From the human T2T-CHM13v2.0 reference genome, Homo sapiens, in the NCBI RefSeq assembly GCF_009914755.1, contig NC_060932.1: a stretch of DNA of 64,000 bases; one strand, written 5' to 3'. Shown here in pieces: positions 47,960 to 62,608 of the stretch. The translations under genes were made by a program, and so were the position numbers. Under the pieces are notes generated by a model that worked only from the letters and a program-made list of their open reading frames with translations, ran no database searches and was not told the origin of the DNA. The first letter of the stretch is position 1, and each line of letters begins with the position of its first letter.

Positions 47960-48950
47960 AAGTTGCCACAGTAATGAACTAGGTACTGTGGAAGGACACA
48001 AGGAGGCGATATTTGTGTTGGAGACTTAGAGATGGCAACAGAAATGGCTTCACAGAGGCTGTTCTAGCAGAGCTGCAATGAGATGTGAAAGATGTGTAAG
48101 AACATGAGAGAAGGAATGTAGGGAAGGACATTCCGGGAAGAATTCATATGTACATATTGTTTGGAGGACTGGCAAGCAGCTTCACAGATGGGGGAAAGCA
48201 TAGGAGGAGTTTCAGGAGATACTGGAAGAACCACGAACACAGACTGGGTCAGGAAGGAATTGGAGGGAAGTCTTTGGATGTATCCTGTAGAGCTGTGCTT
48301 CTCACACTGTCTGTGGTACAGGACCAGTTGTGGTGGTTGTTCTTACCCCAACCGTGCACCGATTAAGCGTATGGAGTTGGCCCCACAGGTGACTTACCGT
48401 GTGAGTTCCACAACACCCTGGGTAGACTCTGTTTAATGACACCAGTCTACTTACCACACATGTGGATAACATGGCGATGTCAAATGTCCATAGATACTTC
48501 CAAATGCTCTCTCTGCTTTCGTACTTATCTTTCAGGGACAGGGACAAAGTTCACAGGCTGGTGCCCATCCGCAGACCATGCTTGGAGCAGCATGACTGAG
48601 GATAAGGAACCACTAGGAATATCTAAGCAGGGAAATAACTTCATCAAATTTTGCCCTAGGAAGGTTACACTGGCAGCAAGATGGAGAAAGGTTTTTGGGC
48701 AGAGACTGAGTCAAGGAGACAATTCAAGACACCAGAAGCATCAATGCAGACAAGAGATGCGAGGATCTGACCCGGGGCCCTGAATATCCTTAGGGGGAGC
48801 AGATTATGCATCTAAGAACCATTTCAGAGACAATGCTGCGCTTGTTGAGTGTTGAGTATATGAGACGCGGGAAAGGGAAGATTCAAGATTTCTGGAAAAC
48901 TGTGGGCGTTAAGATCCCATTAACTGAGGTTTGAGCTTGGGGCCTTAAAA
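47960..48950 (-). mobile_element. L2 fragments
   Basis: GGCTTCACAGAGG..GAGATGTGAAAGATG, GGAACCACTAGGAATATCTAAGCAGGGAA, TACACTGGCAGCAAGATGGAGAA. Confidence 0.6.
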
Positions 48951-50769
48951 GAGGATCCTGAAGGCCAACCTAGGGTAGGGGAAAGCCCATATGGCTAAAG
49001 GAGCTTTTCTCAGGAAAGAACAAAGATAACACAAACTTTGAGTCAGAAGCAGCTCCAAACAGCCAAATTGGTGCATGTGTGTGTATATATATCTGTATGT
49101 GTTTTCAACTTGGTTGTAGCAATGCAGTTTTGCCGCAGAACATTCCTCTGTCCTAAAGTCATGGGCAGAATCACAGATCTGTCAGTGTAACCTTATCCCA
49201 GCTTCCTGTTTGAGCACTTCCTATCTTTTCACAGACTCAAAAACAAGCCCCAGCTGGTCTGATAAAATGGAAATTACTCGTAAGTGCAAAGTGACACTGG
49301 ACCCGCTCTGCCACACAGAATGCAGTTCTGCTGTTGGGACTGGAGGGAGAATTTGGAAGGGAGGATTTTGGGGTGTAGGGGAGCTTGTAGCCTGGAAGAA
49401 ATGGTTTGTGTCTCCCATTTACTTACCCAGTAGAAGGAGAAATGATTCCAAGGGTCTTCTTGAGTCGGCTGACACGTGCCCACTCCCCTGCCACCCCCCC
49501 AACACACACAGACACCTCTGCACATCACACAGCGCAGGTGTTCCAACCACCTGTCATTTTCCAAACGTGTCTCTTTCCTGTAATGATCGCTGGGCCCCCA
49601 GCCTCATGGAGACAAACTTCCCCAACTCCCACCACACCCATAGACAAGGCCTGTTTTAGACTGTCAGACTGAATATGGACTCCAAAGTGGACACTGAGCT
49701 AGGGGACTGCATCTGGAATCCTTGTAACCAGGATAGTGCTTGGCACACGGCAGAAGCTAAATGAATGGCTGAGGAGCAAATGAATGGGGCTTGAATCTGG
49801 AAACTGCCCCCAATCAGGGATTCCTCCCTTCTCCTTCCTTCCCATCTTTCCTACTTCTCTCTCCCTCTTCCTTCCTTTATTCTTTCATTTTCATTTAATA
49901 TATGTTTACTGAGCACCTACCATGTGCTAGAATCTGTTCTAGATTCCAAATAATCCTTGATAAATAAACCAGACAGGATTCTGCTTTCTCCCTGGATCAT
50001 ATAATTTCTGTAGTTTCAAAGTTGGAAGGATTCTTAAATGTCCTTCAGTCCAGACCCACTTTCTGCCCACGTTATGGTTGCATCCATCTATACCAGCCCC
50101 TATCCACTAGCCACCTGGTCTTTGCTTACATACCTGTAGTGACGGAGAACTCACTACCTTTGAAAGCAATTACCCTTCACTGGACCATTTTGACAGTGAG
50201 AATGTTCCTCTTTCTGAAAAACCTAAATGCTAACAGTTGTTGCCTTTGTGTGGTGGAGTGATGAAAGATTTGGGTTCCATCTTTTCTGCATTTTGGTGTT
50301 TCCTAATTTTTCTCCAAAAGAATGTTTTGTTTTATTAGAGAAATTGTAATTTTGTTAGATAATTATTGAAAAGCATTTTGTAAGAAATAATTTTGTAAAT
50401 TCTTCCTTGGGAATTTCTCAGACCGTGAGCTGAGAACTCTCTCCATGTAGCTTCTACAGATTGACCCCAGTTTTGTCCAGAGGAAGCAAGAATAAGCTTA
50501 TACTTTTTTTTTCCTCTTTTAGCATTTAATGACCTCTGTCCTTTTAGGATGTAGTTGCTTATTTTGCTGCCAGTACTTCCAAAGTGTTTGGCTTACTCAG
50601 CATTACTCAAAGTTTATTCTAGCAAATGAGGCTTGCATGTATTTCCATATTTTTAAGATGTGGATCATTCAGTCTCTCCTTCACTGAAGATATTTGATTT
50701 ATATTTGTTGACTTTACATGCTATTTTCTGCTTTGGCAGTCATGACTACACTAGAATAGGATGTTCTGA

Positions 50770-50982
50770 GAATTTTGGGAGGCAGGGTACCATATTGCTT
50801 AAGAGTATACATTTTGGAGTCAGGGATATGGGTGCAAATCCAGGCTCTATTAGCTTTGTTGTTTTCAAACAGTTATTTAATATCTCTGGGTTTTGGCTCC
50901 CTCATGTATATTATGAGGATAATGATGTTCGACTGACATAATTGGTGTGAGGATTCAACTTGCTAAGATACAAAAGTGCTTA
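50770..50982 (+). mobile_element. MIR (interrupted by L1)
   Basis: TTAAGAG..TTTTGGAGTCAG..GGGTGCAAATCCAGGCTC..AGTTATTTAATATCTCTG. Confidence 0.7.
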
Positions 50983-51190
50983 AAATAAAACAGATAAGAA
51001 GGGAACAGTAGACACCAGGGCCTACTTGAGGATGGAGGATCAGAGGAGGGTGAGGATCCAAAACCCACCTATCAGGTACTATGCTTATTACCTGGGTGAC
51101 AACATAATATGTACACCAAACTCCTGTAACACACAGTTTATCTATAGAACCAGCCTGCATATGTACAACCAAAACTAAAATAAAAACTAA
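50983..51190 (+). mobile_element. Old L1PA15/16-like 3' end
   Basis: GACACCAGGGCCTACTTGAGG..TACTATGCTTATTACCTGGGTGAC..CTAAAATAAAA. Confidence 0.8.
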
Positions 51191-51614
51191 AGGGAAAATA
51201 GAACATGTGCCATAATTGGGTCTTACTTATTCGACAGAATTCCATTTATTTACATATTTATTTCTAATTAAGTGAATAAACATTGATTTCACAAATAGAT
51301 TTTTGAACGCTTTTATTAACCAAGATCTCTGCTTGCTCCCGTCCTCCCAGGCATTAAAGACTATGCTCTTGGTATCTCCTAACTGGTTGGTTAGGTTCTA
51401 CCTGAGAGCAGACATCCCACTAAGTGTGAGTTTCTTGGTGTAGACATCAGAAAACTTACAACTGGCTTTATCATGGTCCTCATCTGACATCTCTTGATTT
51501 TGACAGGAAGACAAGAATCATCCGAGAATCCAGGAATTCAGGCAGGAAATGGGAAAAATTCCAGATGGACATGAGAACAGCCCAAAGGAACTTTCACTAG
51601 TTAAGAAAAGGCCC

Positions 51615-52330
51615 CTGTAATTTTCAGAAGGGAGATCCTTTACATCTTCTGTCAGATTTGCACCATAGTATTTCACTTTCTTTGGTGTAATTGCCAATGG
51701 TATTGTGCTTTTAACTTGTTTCCAAATGTTTGCTGTCAGTATAAAGAAATGCAAATGATTTTCTATCTTGATCTTGTGCTCTGTGTGGTTCTAGGATAAT
51801 TTTTATTTTTGGTAGATTCCTTGGAATATTTTATTTCTTCCTTTCCAATCTGTATGCCTTTTATTTATTTATGTTTCTTTCTTTATTGTGCTTGCTTGAA
51901 CCTTCATCACTGTGTTGAATAAGAACAGAGAGGGTGGATGTCTTGGCCTTGTTCTTGATATTAGGGGGAAAGCGTTGAGTCTTTTCACCTTTAAGCATGA
52001 GGTTGCGTAGGCGTGTTGCAGATGTTCTTTCTCAAGGTGAGGTCATTTTCCTGTATGTCCTTGCTGCTTTTCTATCCAGTCATTCTGTCATTTGCCATGA
52101 GTTGGATGTCAGAGTCCCTAAGTATCATTTTGGAATTGTTTGTTTCTCCTTTCAACTCTATCAGTTTTTGCTTCATTTATTTTGAAGCTCTGTCGTTTGG
52201 CGCATATGTGTATGTATGTATACATATATATATTTTATATTTAGGATTGCTACTTTTTCCCTGGCAAATTGAGCCTTTTTTCATCATGTATTGTCTCAGT
52301 TGTATCTTTCTTCATTTTCTTTTTTTACTA
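51615..52330 (-). mobile_element. Old L1M ORF2 fragments
   Basis: TGTTGAATAAGAACAGAGAGGGTGGA..CCTTGTTCTTGATATTAGGGGGAAAGC. Confidence 0.65.
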
Positions 52331-52429
52331 TATAACCCATTTTTTTTCCACTTTACTCTGATAAACCTGTTTTCATTTAAGATGTTATTAACATCAGTGT
52401 GATATATGTCTATTCAATTTGATTTGAAA

Positions 52430-52910
52430 AAATGCTTTGGCTTACAAGAGCCACAAACTTAATGGAAATCAACTTAACAAAAGGCAGAGTTAAAAGATTT
52501 ACATATCTGGGAAGTTTAAGAAGGTAGCTCTAGTTTTGAACATAGCTGGATTCAAAGACAAAAAATTCATTTAGTCTCTTTCTTTCTCTCTCCCTCTTTC
52601 CTCCTGCTTTTCTGTGTTAGCTTATTCTCACTTAAATCTTCTCCATACACTGTCCAAGATTATAACACATGCTGTTAGCAGTTTCAGATAAACCAGATGG
52701 TTGTTTTTGTCAATGGCTTCAGGATTTTTCTGGCCTGTGTCATGTCCTCATGTCTAAACCAATCCCTATGGCCAGGGAAATGGGACACTGTGACCAGTTT
52801 GAGTCATGGTCCCAACCCTGTGTCATCACAGGCTGGACCATATAAGTGACCAACTCAAAAAGAACATGGTGGTGGTTGGTGGGGTGGGGATGAATTTCTA
52901 AAAGGGAAAT
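52430..52910 (-). mobile_element. MLT1J/K-like LTR remnant
   Basis: CATAGCTGGATTCA, AAACCAATCCCTATGGCCAGGG. Confidence 0.5.
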
Positions 52911-53229
52911 ATTATGAGAGATAGAAGTACCCCAAATCTTCTAAAACATCCTGAAGTCAAAAATTATACCACCCAATATGCAGCTCTTTATTGTATGCCT
53001 CAAGTAAAAATGATTTGAGTATTCAATGAGGCAATAGTAATGAAAAGCCAGTTTGTTTCAAAGCCCTGGTTATGTCACTTTCCTGGAAATATTTGCAAAG
53101 AAATAGGAACCGTCTTCTATATTAACTTCCTCAGCTACCTATTATTTTCTCTTGTTCATTGTCAAGCAAAAATAAATAAAAGCAAAAACCTTTGCCACAT
53201 GAGTTCAGGAGGGAGGTAGGATAGGAATT

Positions 53230-53593
53230 TGTATTAGTCCATTCTCATATTGCTATGAATAAATACCCAAGACTGGGTAATTTGAAAGGAAAGAGGTTTA
53301 ATGGGCTCACCGTTCCTCATGGCTGGGGAGGCCTCACAATCATGGCGGAAAGTGAAGAGCAAGCAAAGGCACATCTTACATGGTGGCAGCCAAGAAGAGT
53401 GTGTGTAGGGGAACTCCCCTTTATAAAAACCATCAGATCTCATGAGACTTATTCACTATCATGAGAACAGCACAGGAATATCTTGCTCCCATGATTCAGT
53501 TACCTCCTACCGGGTCCCTTCCACGACACGTGGGGATTACAGGAGCTGCAATTCAAGATGAGATTTCAGTGGGGACACAGCCAAACCATATCA
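53230..53593 (-). mobile_element. THE1B/C solo LTR
   Basis: TGTATTAGTCC...GGGGACACAGCCAAACCATATCA; TSD irregular. Confidence 0.92.
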
Positions 53594-55693
53594 AGAGGCA
53601 AAGGAAAAGACTGGAATGATTGGTTGTCTGAGACACTTAAAATCCTGGGAGGTTGTTCCACACATCAGGAGTAACACAGACACTGACATTCACAGGCAGG
53701 AAGCATATGGCAAGAATGAGTAAAATCGGAATGGAAGGTTGTTGAGAGGAAAAATGAAAGAAGGTTGAAGAAATTTCAGGAAAGGAGAAAAGTACCAATT
53801 AGCCTATGTTTAAGGAGCCGTGAAGGACCGCACAAGTTTATATGCAAAAACACAGTAAGGAGACCGCTCTGCACCTCATTATCTTTACCCTCCCTTTTCT
53901 TACTGCTGCTCTCTGGCCTCCAGTTCTCAGCCTCCCAGTCCCAGCACAGCCTGATCCGTCCCATCTTCAGTGGGCACCCACCTCCATTGCAGCACATGCT
54001 CTGTTGTACTGTAATTACCTGTTTGTGCGGCTTTCTCTACCATATTACAGGTGCATTTTTCAAGGTCAGTAACTAGACATTATTTATCTTTGTGACCGCG
54101 ATATAATAAAGCTTTTTGGACTAATGAGTAAATTATGATAGGAAATTTTCAATCCCATTACTTGTAATAGCAGAGGTGGTCATTTCCCCTGGTGCACTGT
54201 TCCTTTTGATTAAGCAAATGCTCCAGTTTCAGGGAAAACTAAACTTTCCTTTTGAAGAATGGTTTCTTTTAATAACCGATGTACAAAACTCTGATCATGA
54301 AATCTTGGCTAAACATGTAGCTCTTTAAGTGCAGCAGGAAATTCATATCTGGGACCTCTCGATCCTCTTCTCTCTTTTGCTTTTTTTTGGTGGGGGCGGG
54401 GGGAAGAGGCCCTGTTGTATGATACAGTAGCTTGCCGTGCCACCAGTCAGGGTGAGAACTGCTGGCTTCCTTGGAACGGCATTCTCTCCCCCACCCTACC
54501 TCTGAATCCCTAATTGACATGCTCAACAGCTGTACCACACTGCTGCCCAGATCCTTCAAGACTTTAATGACTGTTTGCAGGACTCTCTGGCCTGCTAATT
54601 GTGCCTCTCCTGTTACTCATCTCTCACGAGTGATACTGACATTGTTTATGAGTCCAGGCATTACAGATCAGAAAGATCCTCAATCCCAGACCGCCCTAGG
54701 CTGATTTGCTGGGAGTTGGAAACCTTCTGGTATCTCATTCCACAAAGGAAATGATATTCTCCCAGGAGCACTAGTCCCGGCCACCCTGCTGTTGATAACA
54801 ACCCTCACTTTCATCCACGGGCTTCAGGCCCCTCCTGCGTCCTTTCCTAGCTTTTAGTAACAGCAGCAGCTGCCTAAAGCCGTACAATTTCTCCGTGTTG
54901 TTCTTGTCCTCTTCCTATCTGCAGTTTTGTTGTTGTTTTAAAGGAGCCTACCTTCCTTAAACTGCTTTCCCAATGTGAGGCCAAAAGATTAAATCGCCTC
55001 CGGGTAATTCGGACACACCAGCTGTTACTGCTGGCTTCCCATGATCGTCAGTGACTTCATTGAAAACGTATGTGTGATCTTTCAACATATGCACAAGTGG
55101 AGGGGAAGAAAAAAGCTTGCTCCTGGAAAAAAGTTCCCTGATGTGTCACTAGGTGCATACACATGATGAAACAGGATCTCAGGACAGTCATTGCAAATGA
55201 CTCCCTGGCCTCTCTGCTTCCTTTCCCCTGATTTTAGAGCCAAATTCCAAAGCTTTGCCACACAGAGAGTAGAGTATTTGGGCTGTGCAAGCATAGAGCT
55301 CTGGAGGAAGCAGGAAGCGTGAGCAAGGCTGGGCCACCCACTCAAGGCCCGTGTCGCTGTTTTTATCAGTGCAATTGCTGCATTTCTAGTAACTTCATTT
55401 CTCAGAGCAGTCTCAGCACTGTTCATGCATACTTTCAGCAAATAGACACTGGGAGATGCCCTGCAGATGGAGTGGCTTCTTTCAGGGGGCTTCCAGTCTA
55501 GTGCGGGAATGAGGATTTGCAAAGGTAAATAGAGCTGTGAAATGCAAAAGTGTTGCTGTTATGGGGAATAAAACAGAATGACTTATCTAGTTTGGAGTGA
55601 AAAAGAGCCAGAAACACCTCTTTGAAGAGCAGCTGATTCTAAAGTTATATTTGGTGCATTAAACATTTTTAAGCTTTTACAAAACCAGTTCCG

Positions 55694-56018
<325 letters not shown>

Positions 56019-56368
56019 CAGTTCTCATGCTATGTGTTGCAAATACAAACATAGAGAAGACATGGCATCTGCCTCCTCAGCCACTCCGTGGTAAAGAGAA
56101 ATGGAACTGTTCAGTAAAAATAGATTGTTGTCAATCCTGTGATAGAGATAAACCAGGGGCACACATAAGAAAGACAGTTAATATAATCTTGAGAGATCCG
56201 AGCAGTTTGAAGGAAGTACTCCCATAGCTCTCAGTCTTGAAGGATGGGCAATACAATAGTAATAGCACCTGACAGGTATCGAGGCCCCGCGTGTGTCAGG
56301 CAGTGTTTTACTTGCTTTCCATGCACTGTCTTGTTTAACCATGGCCACCCCTCTAGATAGAGTTAGTA

Positions 56369-56420
56369 CTGGTTGACTATCCCACATTCCAAAATCTGAA
56401 CTCCAAAATGCTCTAAAATG
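56369..56420 (+). mobile_element. Tigger4/Zombi terminal fragment
   Basis: GGTTGACTATCCC..CCAAAATCTGAACTCCAAAATGCTCTAAAAT. Confidence 0.5.
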
Positions 56421-57195
56421 ATCCTGGATGAAGAAATCATTTGACCGTAATCTCTCCAACTAGCATTATTGGGTTAATTGGCCAACATTCCTTTCAAAGG
56501 AATAAATTAGTTACTTTCTTGATGGTCACTTTTATATGTGCAAATGACCTCTGCCCTAGAAAGAGAGGGATGGTTAGAACACTGGCCAGAGGATGAAGAA
56601 AGTTCAGGTCCCATCACTTATTAACTGTTTGACCACATGTATGTAACTTAATCTCACCAATTTTTCATTCCTGCCCCTGTAACTGAGGATAGTACTATCT
56701 ACTGCCTATATTACCCAAGATTATACCTGTGACCCTGCTTTGCAAACAGCTAATTGAAAACTGCAGTACACATGAAAAGGTGATTATCTAAAAATGCTCA
56801 GTATTGCAACTTCAAGAAAAAATATCTTCCAGAGTTGAAAAGCAGAAGTGTTAAGGATTGGGTGGAAATTTTGCTTGGAGGTATCAATTTCTAATAGGGT
56901 CAGGTCTGGGAAAGAGTAAACCCATAAGTCTTTTCTTCTGGCTTCATAAGCCTGATCAACTTGTCCTTATGAAACTTTTAAGATTCTTGTAAGCTGATTT
57001 TTCAGTATTTTTTTCTTTCTGCTCTTCACCTAGTTAAGCCCCATTCAGTCTTCATATTTCAGTTGAAATATGCATTCCTGCATGCATTCCTTTATGATTC
57101 CCTCCTCCCACAACCAAGTAATGCCCCGCTAACCCATGGTCTCATAACATACAGACTTCTTTTTTACACAAATCTTTTTATAATCATTTAGCAAT

Positions 57196-58235
57196 TTTTT
57201 ATATTATTATACTTTAAGTTCAAGGATACATGTGCAGAACGTGCAGGTTTGTTACATGGGTATACATGTGCCATGGTGGTTTGTTGCACCCATCAACACA
57301 TCATCTACATTAGGTATTTCTTCTAATGCTATCCCTCCCTAGCCCCACACTCCCTGACGGGCCCCAGTGTGTGATGTTCCCCGCCCTGTGTCGAAGTGTT
57401 CTCATTGTTCAAGTCCCACCTATGAGTGAGAACATGCGGTGTTTGGTTTTCTGATCCTGTGTCAGTTTGCTGAGAATGATGATTTCCAGCTTCATCCATG
57501 TGCCTGCAAAGGACATGAACTCATCCTTTTTTATGGCTGCATAGTATTCCATTGTGTATATGCATCACATTTTCTTTATCCCGTCTATCATTGACGGGCA
57601 TTTGGGTTGGTTCCAAGTCTTTGCAATTGTAAATAGTGCTGCAAGAAACATGCGTGTGCATGTGTCTTTATAGTAGAATGATTTATAATCCTTTGGGTAT
57701 ATACCCAGCAATGGGATTGCTGGGTCAAATGGTATTTCTGGTTCTAGATCCTTGAAGAATCACCACACTGTCTTCCACAATAGTTGAACTAATTTATACT
57801 CCCACCAATAGTGTAAAAGCATTCCTATTTCTTCACATCCTCTCTAGCATCTGTTGTTTCCTGACTTTTTGATGATTGCCATTTTAACTGGTATGAAATG
57901 GTATTTCATTGCGGTTTTGATTTGCATTTCTCTAATGACCAGTGATGATGAGCTTTTTTTCATATGTTTGTTGGCCACATAAATGTCTTCTTTTGAGATG
58001 TGTCTGTTCATATCCTTCGTCCACTTTTTGATGGGGTTGTTTGTTTTTTTCTTGTAAATTTGTTCAAGTTCTTTGTAGATTCTGGATATTAGCCCTTTGT
58101 CAGATGGATAGATTGCAAAAATTTTCTCCCATTTTGTAGGTTACATGTTCACTCTGATGATAATTTCTTTTGCTGTGCAGAAGCTCTTTAGTTTAATTAG
58201 ATCCCATTTGTCAACTTGGGCTTTTGTTGCCATTG
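57196..58235 (-). mobile_element. L1PA6/7-like 5'-truncated insertion in an L2
   Basis: 3'UTR plus ORF2 end; TSD CATTTAGCAAT at 57185-57195 and 58236-58246. Confidence 0.92.
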
Positions 58236-58689
58236 CATTTAGCAATATTTTTAATGCCTTTCCTCTTAACTAGATAGTATTCTTCACAGGGGCAGGAGCG
58301 GTATCTGTTTAGTTCGCCTCCACATTTCTAGTACCTATTGCAGTACCTGAGATGAGTTAGGTGCACAACAAATATTTGTTGACTTAATTTAACACTAGAC
58401 TATTTTTTTTTCCTAATCCTTAACCTTGATATGATCTTTCATACAGTAGCTCGTGCTATATTCTTCTAAGAATTATTAAGGATGGTAACTTTGGAGAGGA
58501 AGTCCTAATTTAATGCCTGCATTCTACTGAATGGAAAACTGAATCATAAGAAAGGAAATGATTTGTTGAATATGAACAAGCTAAATAGTGCTAAAAGCTC
58601 AGAACTCAGTTTGCTGCCTCCTAGCTCAGTGTTCATTTTGTTGGAGCATGTTGTGTGAATGGCATTTCCAGAGTTTCTGAGTGTTACTC

Positions 58690-59427
<738 letters not shown>

Positions 59428-59458
59428 TGAGTAGGATTTGCCAGGGCTGTAATAAGAG

Positions 59459-59489
<31 letters not shown>

Positions 59490-62129
59490 AAGAAAATCGA
59501 AATACTTGGAAGTACTCCCATGACATGACAAAAATTTCACATATTTTCTTCCCATGACATTTCAACATGTGTTTTCTCAGGAGAGATATGTGAATCCGTG
59601 AATTTTGCCTCTGGATTGACTCCCTTGTGGATTGGGTAAGTGTGAAACTGAAAATTCACAGCACTGGTCTCATAAAATATTTTAGTTTTCTCCATTTATA
59701 CATTAACTCACTAATTCATCCATTCCTTGACTGAACATGTATTGAGGGTCTGCTAGGTGCCAGGCGCGCATTCAGTTTCTAAGTGTTAAAGCTGGATGAG
59801 CACATCTTGACTCTTCCACTCTGCAGGCACCATGCTGTAACCAGGTGCTGACTGAGCTGTGCAGCAACCATTTGAAATGTTCTATCATCTCAGCAATCTT
59901 AAACTTTAAAAGCTAAGTCTGGATTTCCTAAGAGAGGATTACATTGTTTTTTTAAGATGCTGCCCCTATAAAATGCTATCTTGCTTCCTTAGGGTGGGCC
60001 ATATTGCAGGGCAAAGGACTTTTCAGTTATGTGTGCTTAACCTGGGATCTGGCACAAACAGGCTCACATGCAAAACTACTATGTTGTTCTATTTCTTTGA
60101 GCACGTGCCAGGCACTTTGGTTTATGGAATCACATTGAATTTCTCAATTGCTCTTTGAATAATCACGGTTCCATTGGGGTAAGTTGAGGAGCCTTGGGTC
60201 CCACGACCTCACACAGCCTACCTCAGTGACCTCATTCAAACTACCTCAAATATCAAGCAACGTAAGTAATTTCACTGTGCTTGTTCTTGCTACCTTCACA
60301 ATTACAGACTCAAGGAAGATCCGCCAGACTGTCTTCAAATCAGATCAATACTTTAGTCTTACGAATATTCTAGTCCTGCCACTGCTGTGAACAGGTGTAC
60401 CACTATGCCTGATTTACAGAGGAAGTAACAGAGATCAGAGAGGTGAATGGCTTCCTTAAAGCCACACAGCACATAAGTGACAAAGCCAGGATGCAAGCCT
60501 CCTGCCATAGGTCCAGTTTCATTTTTCCCCAGGAATACTGTCTGAATGAGTCAATGAACTCTCAGGCAAGAAGATGAATGCTCAGGCCTCGTGGGAGCCC
60601 CCTTGAGCTCTGTCCTTGTTTCTACAGAGCTAATTGTGTTTGGGCAGGATGCAGATTGCTAACATCTGTGCACAGCCAAGTGTCTCTCAAACTGGGGCAA
60701 TTAACCACTTGGAACTTTAGAGCAGAACCTCCTTTTAAGGTTTTTTGAGTCCAGCTCCTTTCTGTTACAGTTGAAGAAATGGTACAGCAACGTCCCCCAT
60801 GGTCACACACAGTGACCATGTGACAAGAGCAAGACGATAGCCCAGATCTCCTACCCACTGCTCCAAAGCACTGTTTATACCTCACTACATGGAGAATGAA
60901 TAAAGAAGGGAGTGGATTCATAAGGTAATCATATGAGGATGTGGATCACATAAGCATGTGTAATCATGGAATACAAGGATCTTTTGTTCACTGTATTTAG
61001 AGGTTAATGCGTAAGAGCTGTGGAAATGTTCAATTAAGGCTTACTGTTAAGTGATGGGAGGAAGGACAGACACTTAAATCATTTCTCACTCTCTCTGGAA
61101 ATAGATATGAATAAGCCACTCCATTTTCACCAGAAGTGGTTCACACCCTAGTTGTTATCAGTTGCACCTTAACTACCCTAGCCAGTGATCATTTAATAAG
61201 GATTAGTTGATAATCTGTTGAATGGAGGCAGGTGATGTCAGGAGGAGGATCATGGGGCCTCCTGACAGCCCACTTCATAATATTTCCTTGATGCTGGTCA
61301 GGCTTCTCAAAAAGTGTTCTTTGTGCCAACATCATATGGCAGAAAGGTCACCTAGATTGGAATCCTGGTTCCATCATGTGCTACACTCACCCCAGGATTT
61401 GAGGCACAAGTTAAACCCAGCTTCAGCTACAGGAAACCAGTGCTGTCTAGAAGATGCGTGACAGTAGGGACCCTGTCTCTCTGTTCATCAGTGTCCTCAA
61501 CATTGAGTGCATACTGGACATAATAAGCCTTTAATAAGTTCTTGTGAATAAACTGAGACTTGTGAAAAACACTCAGAATAAAAGGTACTGGCAGTGAGAG
61601 TGAGAGTCATTAAAAGCAACTTTCACAATAAAGAGAGTAAGGGAGGAAGAGACTCATTGCTCAGGGCAGAAGACATAATGCTGACAGATGACAGTGAGAA
61701 AACAGAGCTGTATTCATCTGGTAAAATGTGTCATCTCTGTCAAGGAGAATGATCTTCCATCTGGAAAAGGAAGAACGTGGAGACAAGGATACGTGAGGAA
61801 ATGTGGTGAAAGCACAGAGTTCAAGATGCGGAAGCTCCATGTGAGGTCAAGATGCAGAAATAAAAAGAGCTGATTCCCACGGGGCAAGGATAGATATTTA
61901 TGAAAAGACACACAAGCACTGCATCAGGTATTTTAGGGATGCTACTGAATTCCTTTCTCACAACAACTCTGGAAGACAAATATTATTACATCCATTTTAC
62001 AGCTGAGGAGACTGTGGTACAAAGAAAGTAAATTATTTGCCCATGGTCACCCCCTTGAATACATTATTCAATAAGAGACAAGATTGAAAGTCACATCTAA
62101 ATCTCATGCTTTTCCTGCTAAGAATTAAA

Positions 62130-62560
62130 AAAACAACTGTAACTGTGAGTAATCTCAGAGGAACTGCAGAGATGAACTTCAGGGGACTGAAGATGGACAA
62201 ATTCAATGTTAAGGAAGAAAAGATGAATGCTACGGTGGACATCTAAGTCTGATATTTGTCCCCAAGAAAACTACAATTAATAATTATGTATCTATATATC
62301 AAGATATATCTATTTTATTTCATCACTTAAAGAAGGAAGCAGTGATCAACAAGAAGTAGTATGGGTTACATAAATATAAGAAGAACTGATGTCAAATTCA
62401 CCTTCTTTTCTGATGGAGTGTCAGGCTAGCAAAGCATCAGGTGCAACTGATGCCATGTGAGTCAATTTCAGTCAAGGATGTGGAAGTTTCCTTCAGAAGA
62501 TTTTGGAGGAAACACTTGAGAAATGAAGCCTAGAAGATAGTAAACTTCAATACATATACA
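62130..62560 (+). mobile_element. L3/CR1 RT remnant
   Basis: GAAGGAAGCAGTGATCA..TATGGGTT, AATTTCAGTCAAGG, GAGAAATG resemble the CR1 RT region. Confidence 0.45.
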
Positions 62561-62608
62561 TTGGAATGGGGCAGTCTTTAGCTACCCACCATATCTGTCT
62601 GTTCTTGG

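Noticed and set aside
49210-55522. 149-aa (49210) and 146-aa (55082) ORFs in unique DNA
   Set aside because: Non-ATG starts, no recognisable domain or splice structure; expected by chance
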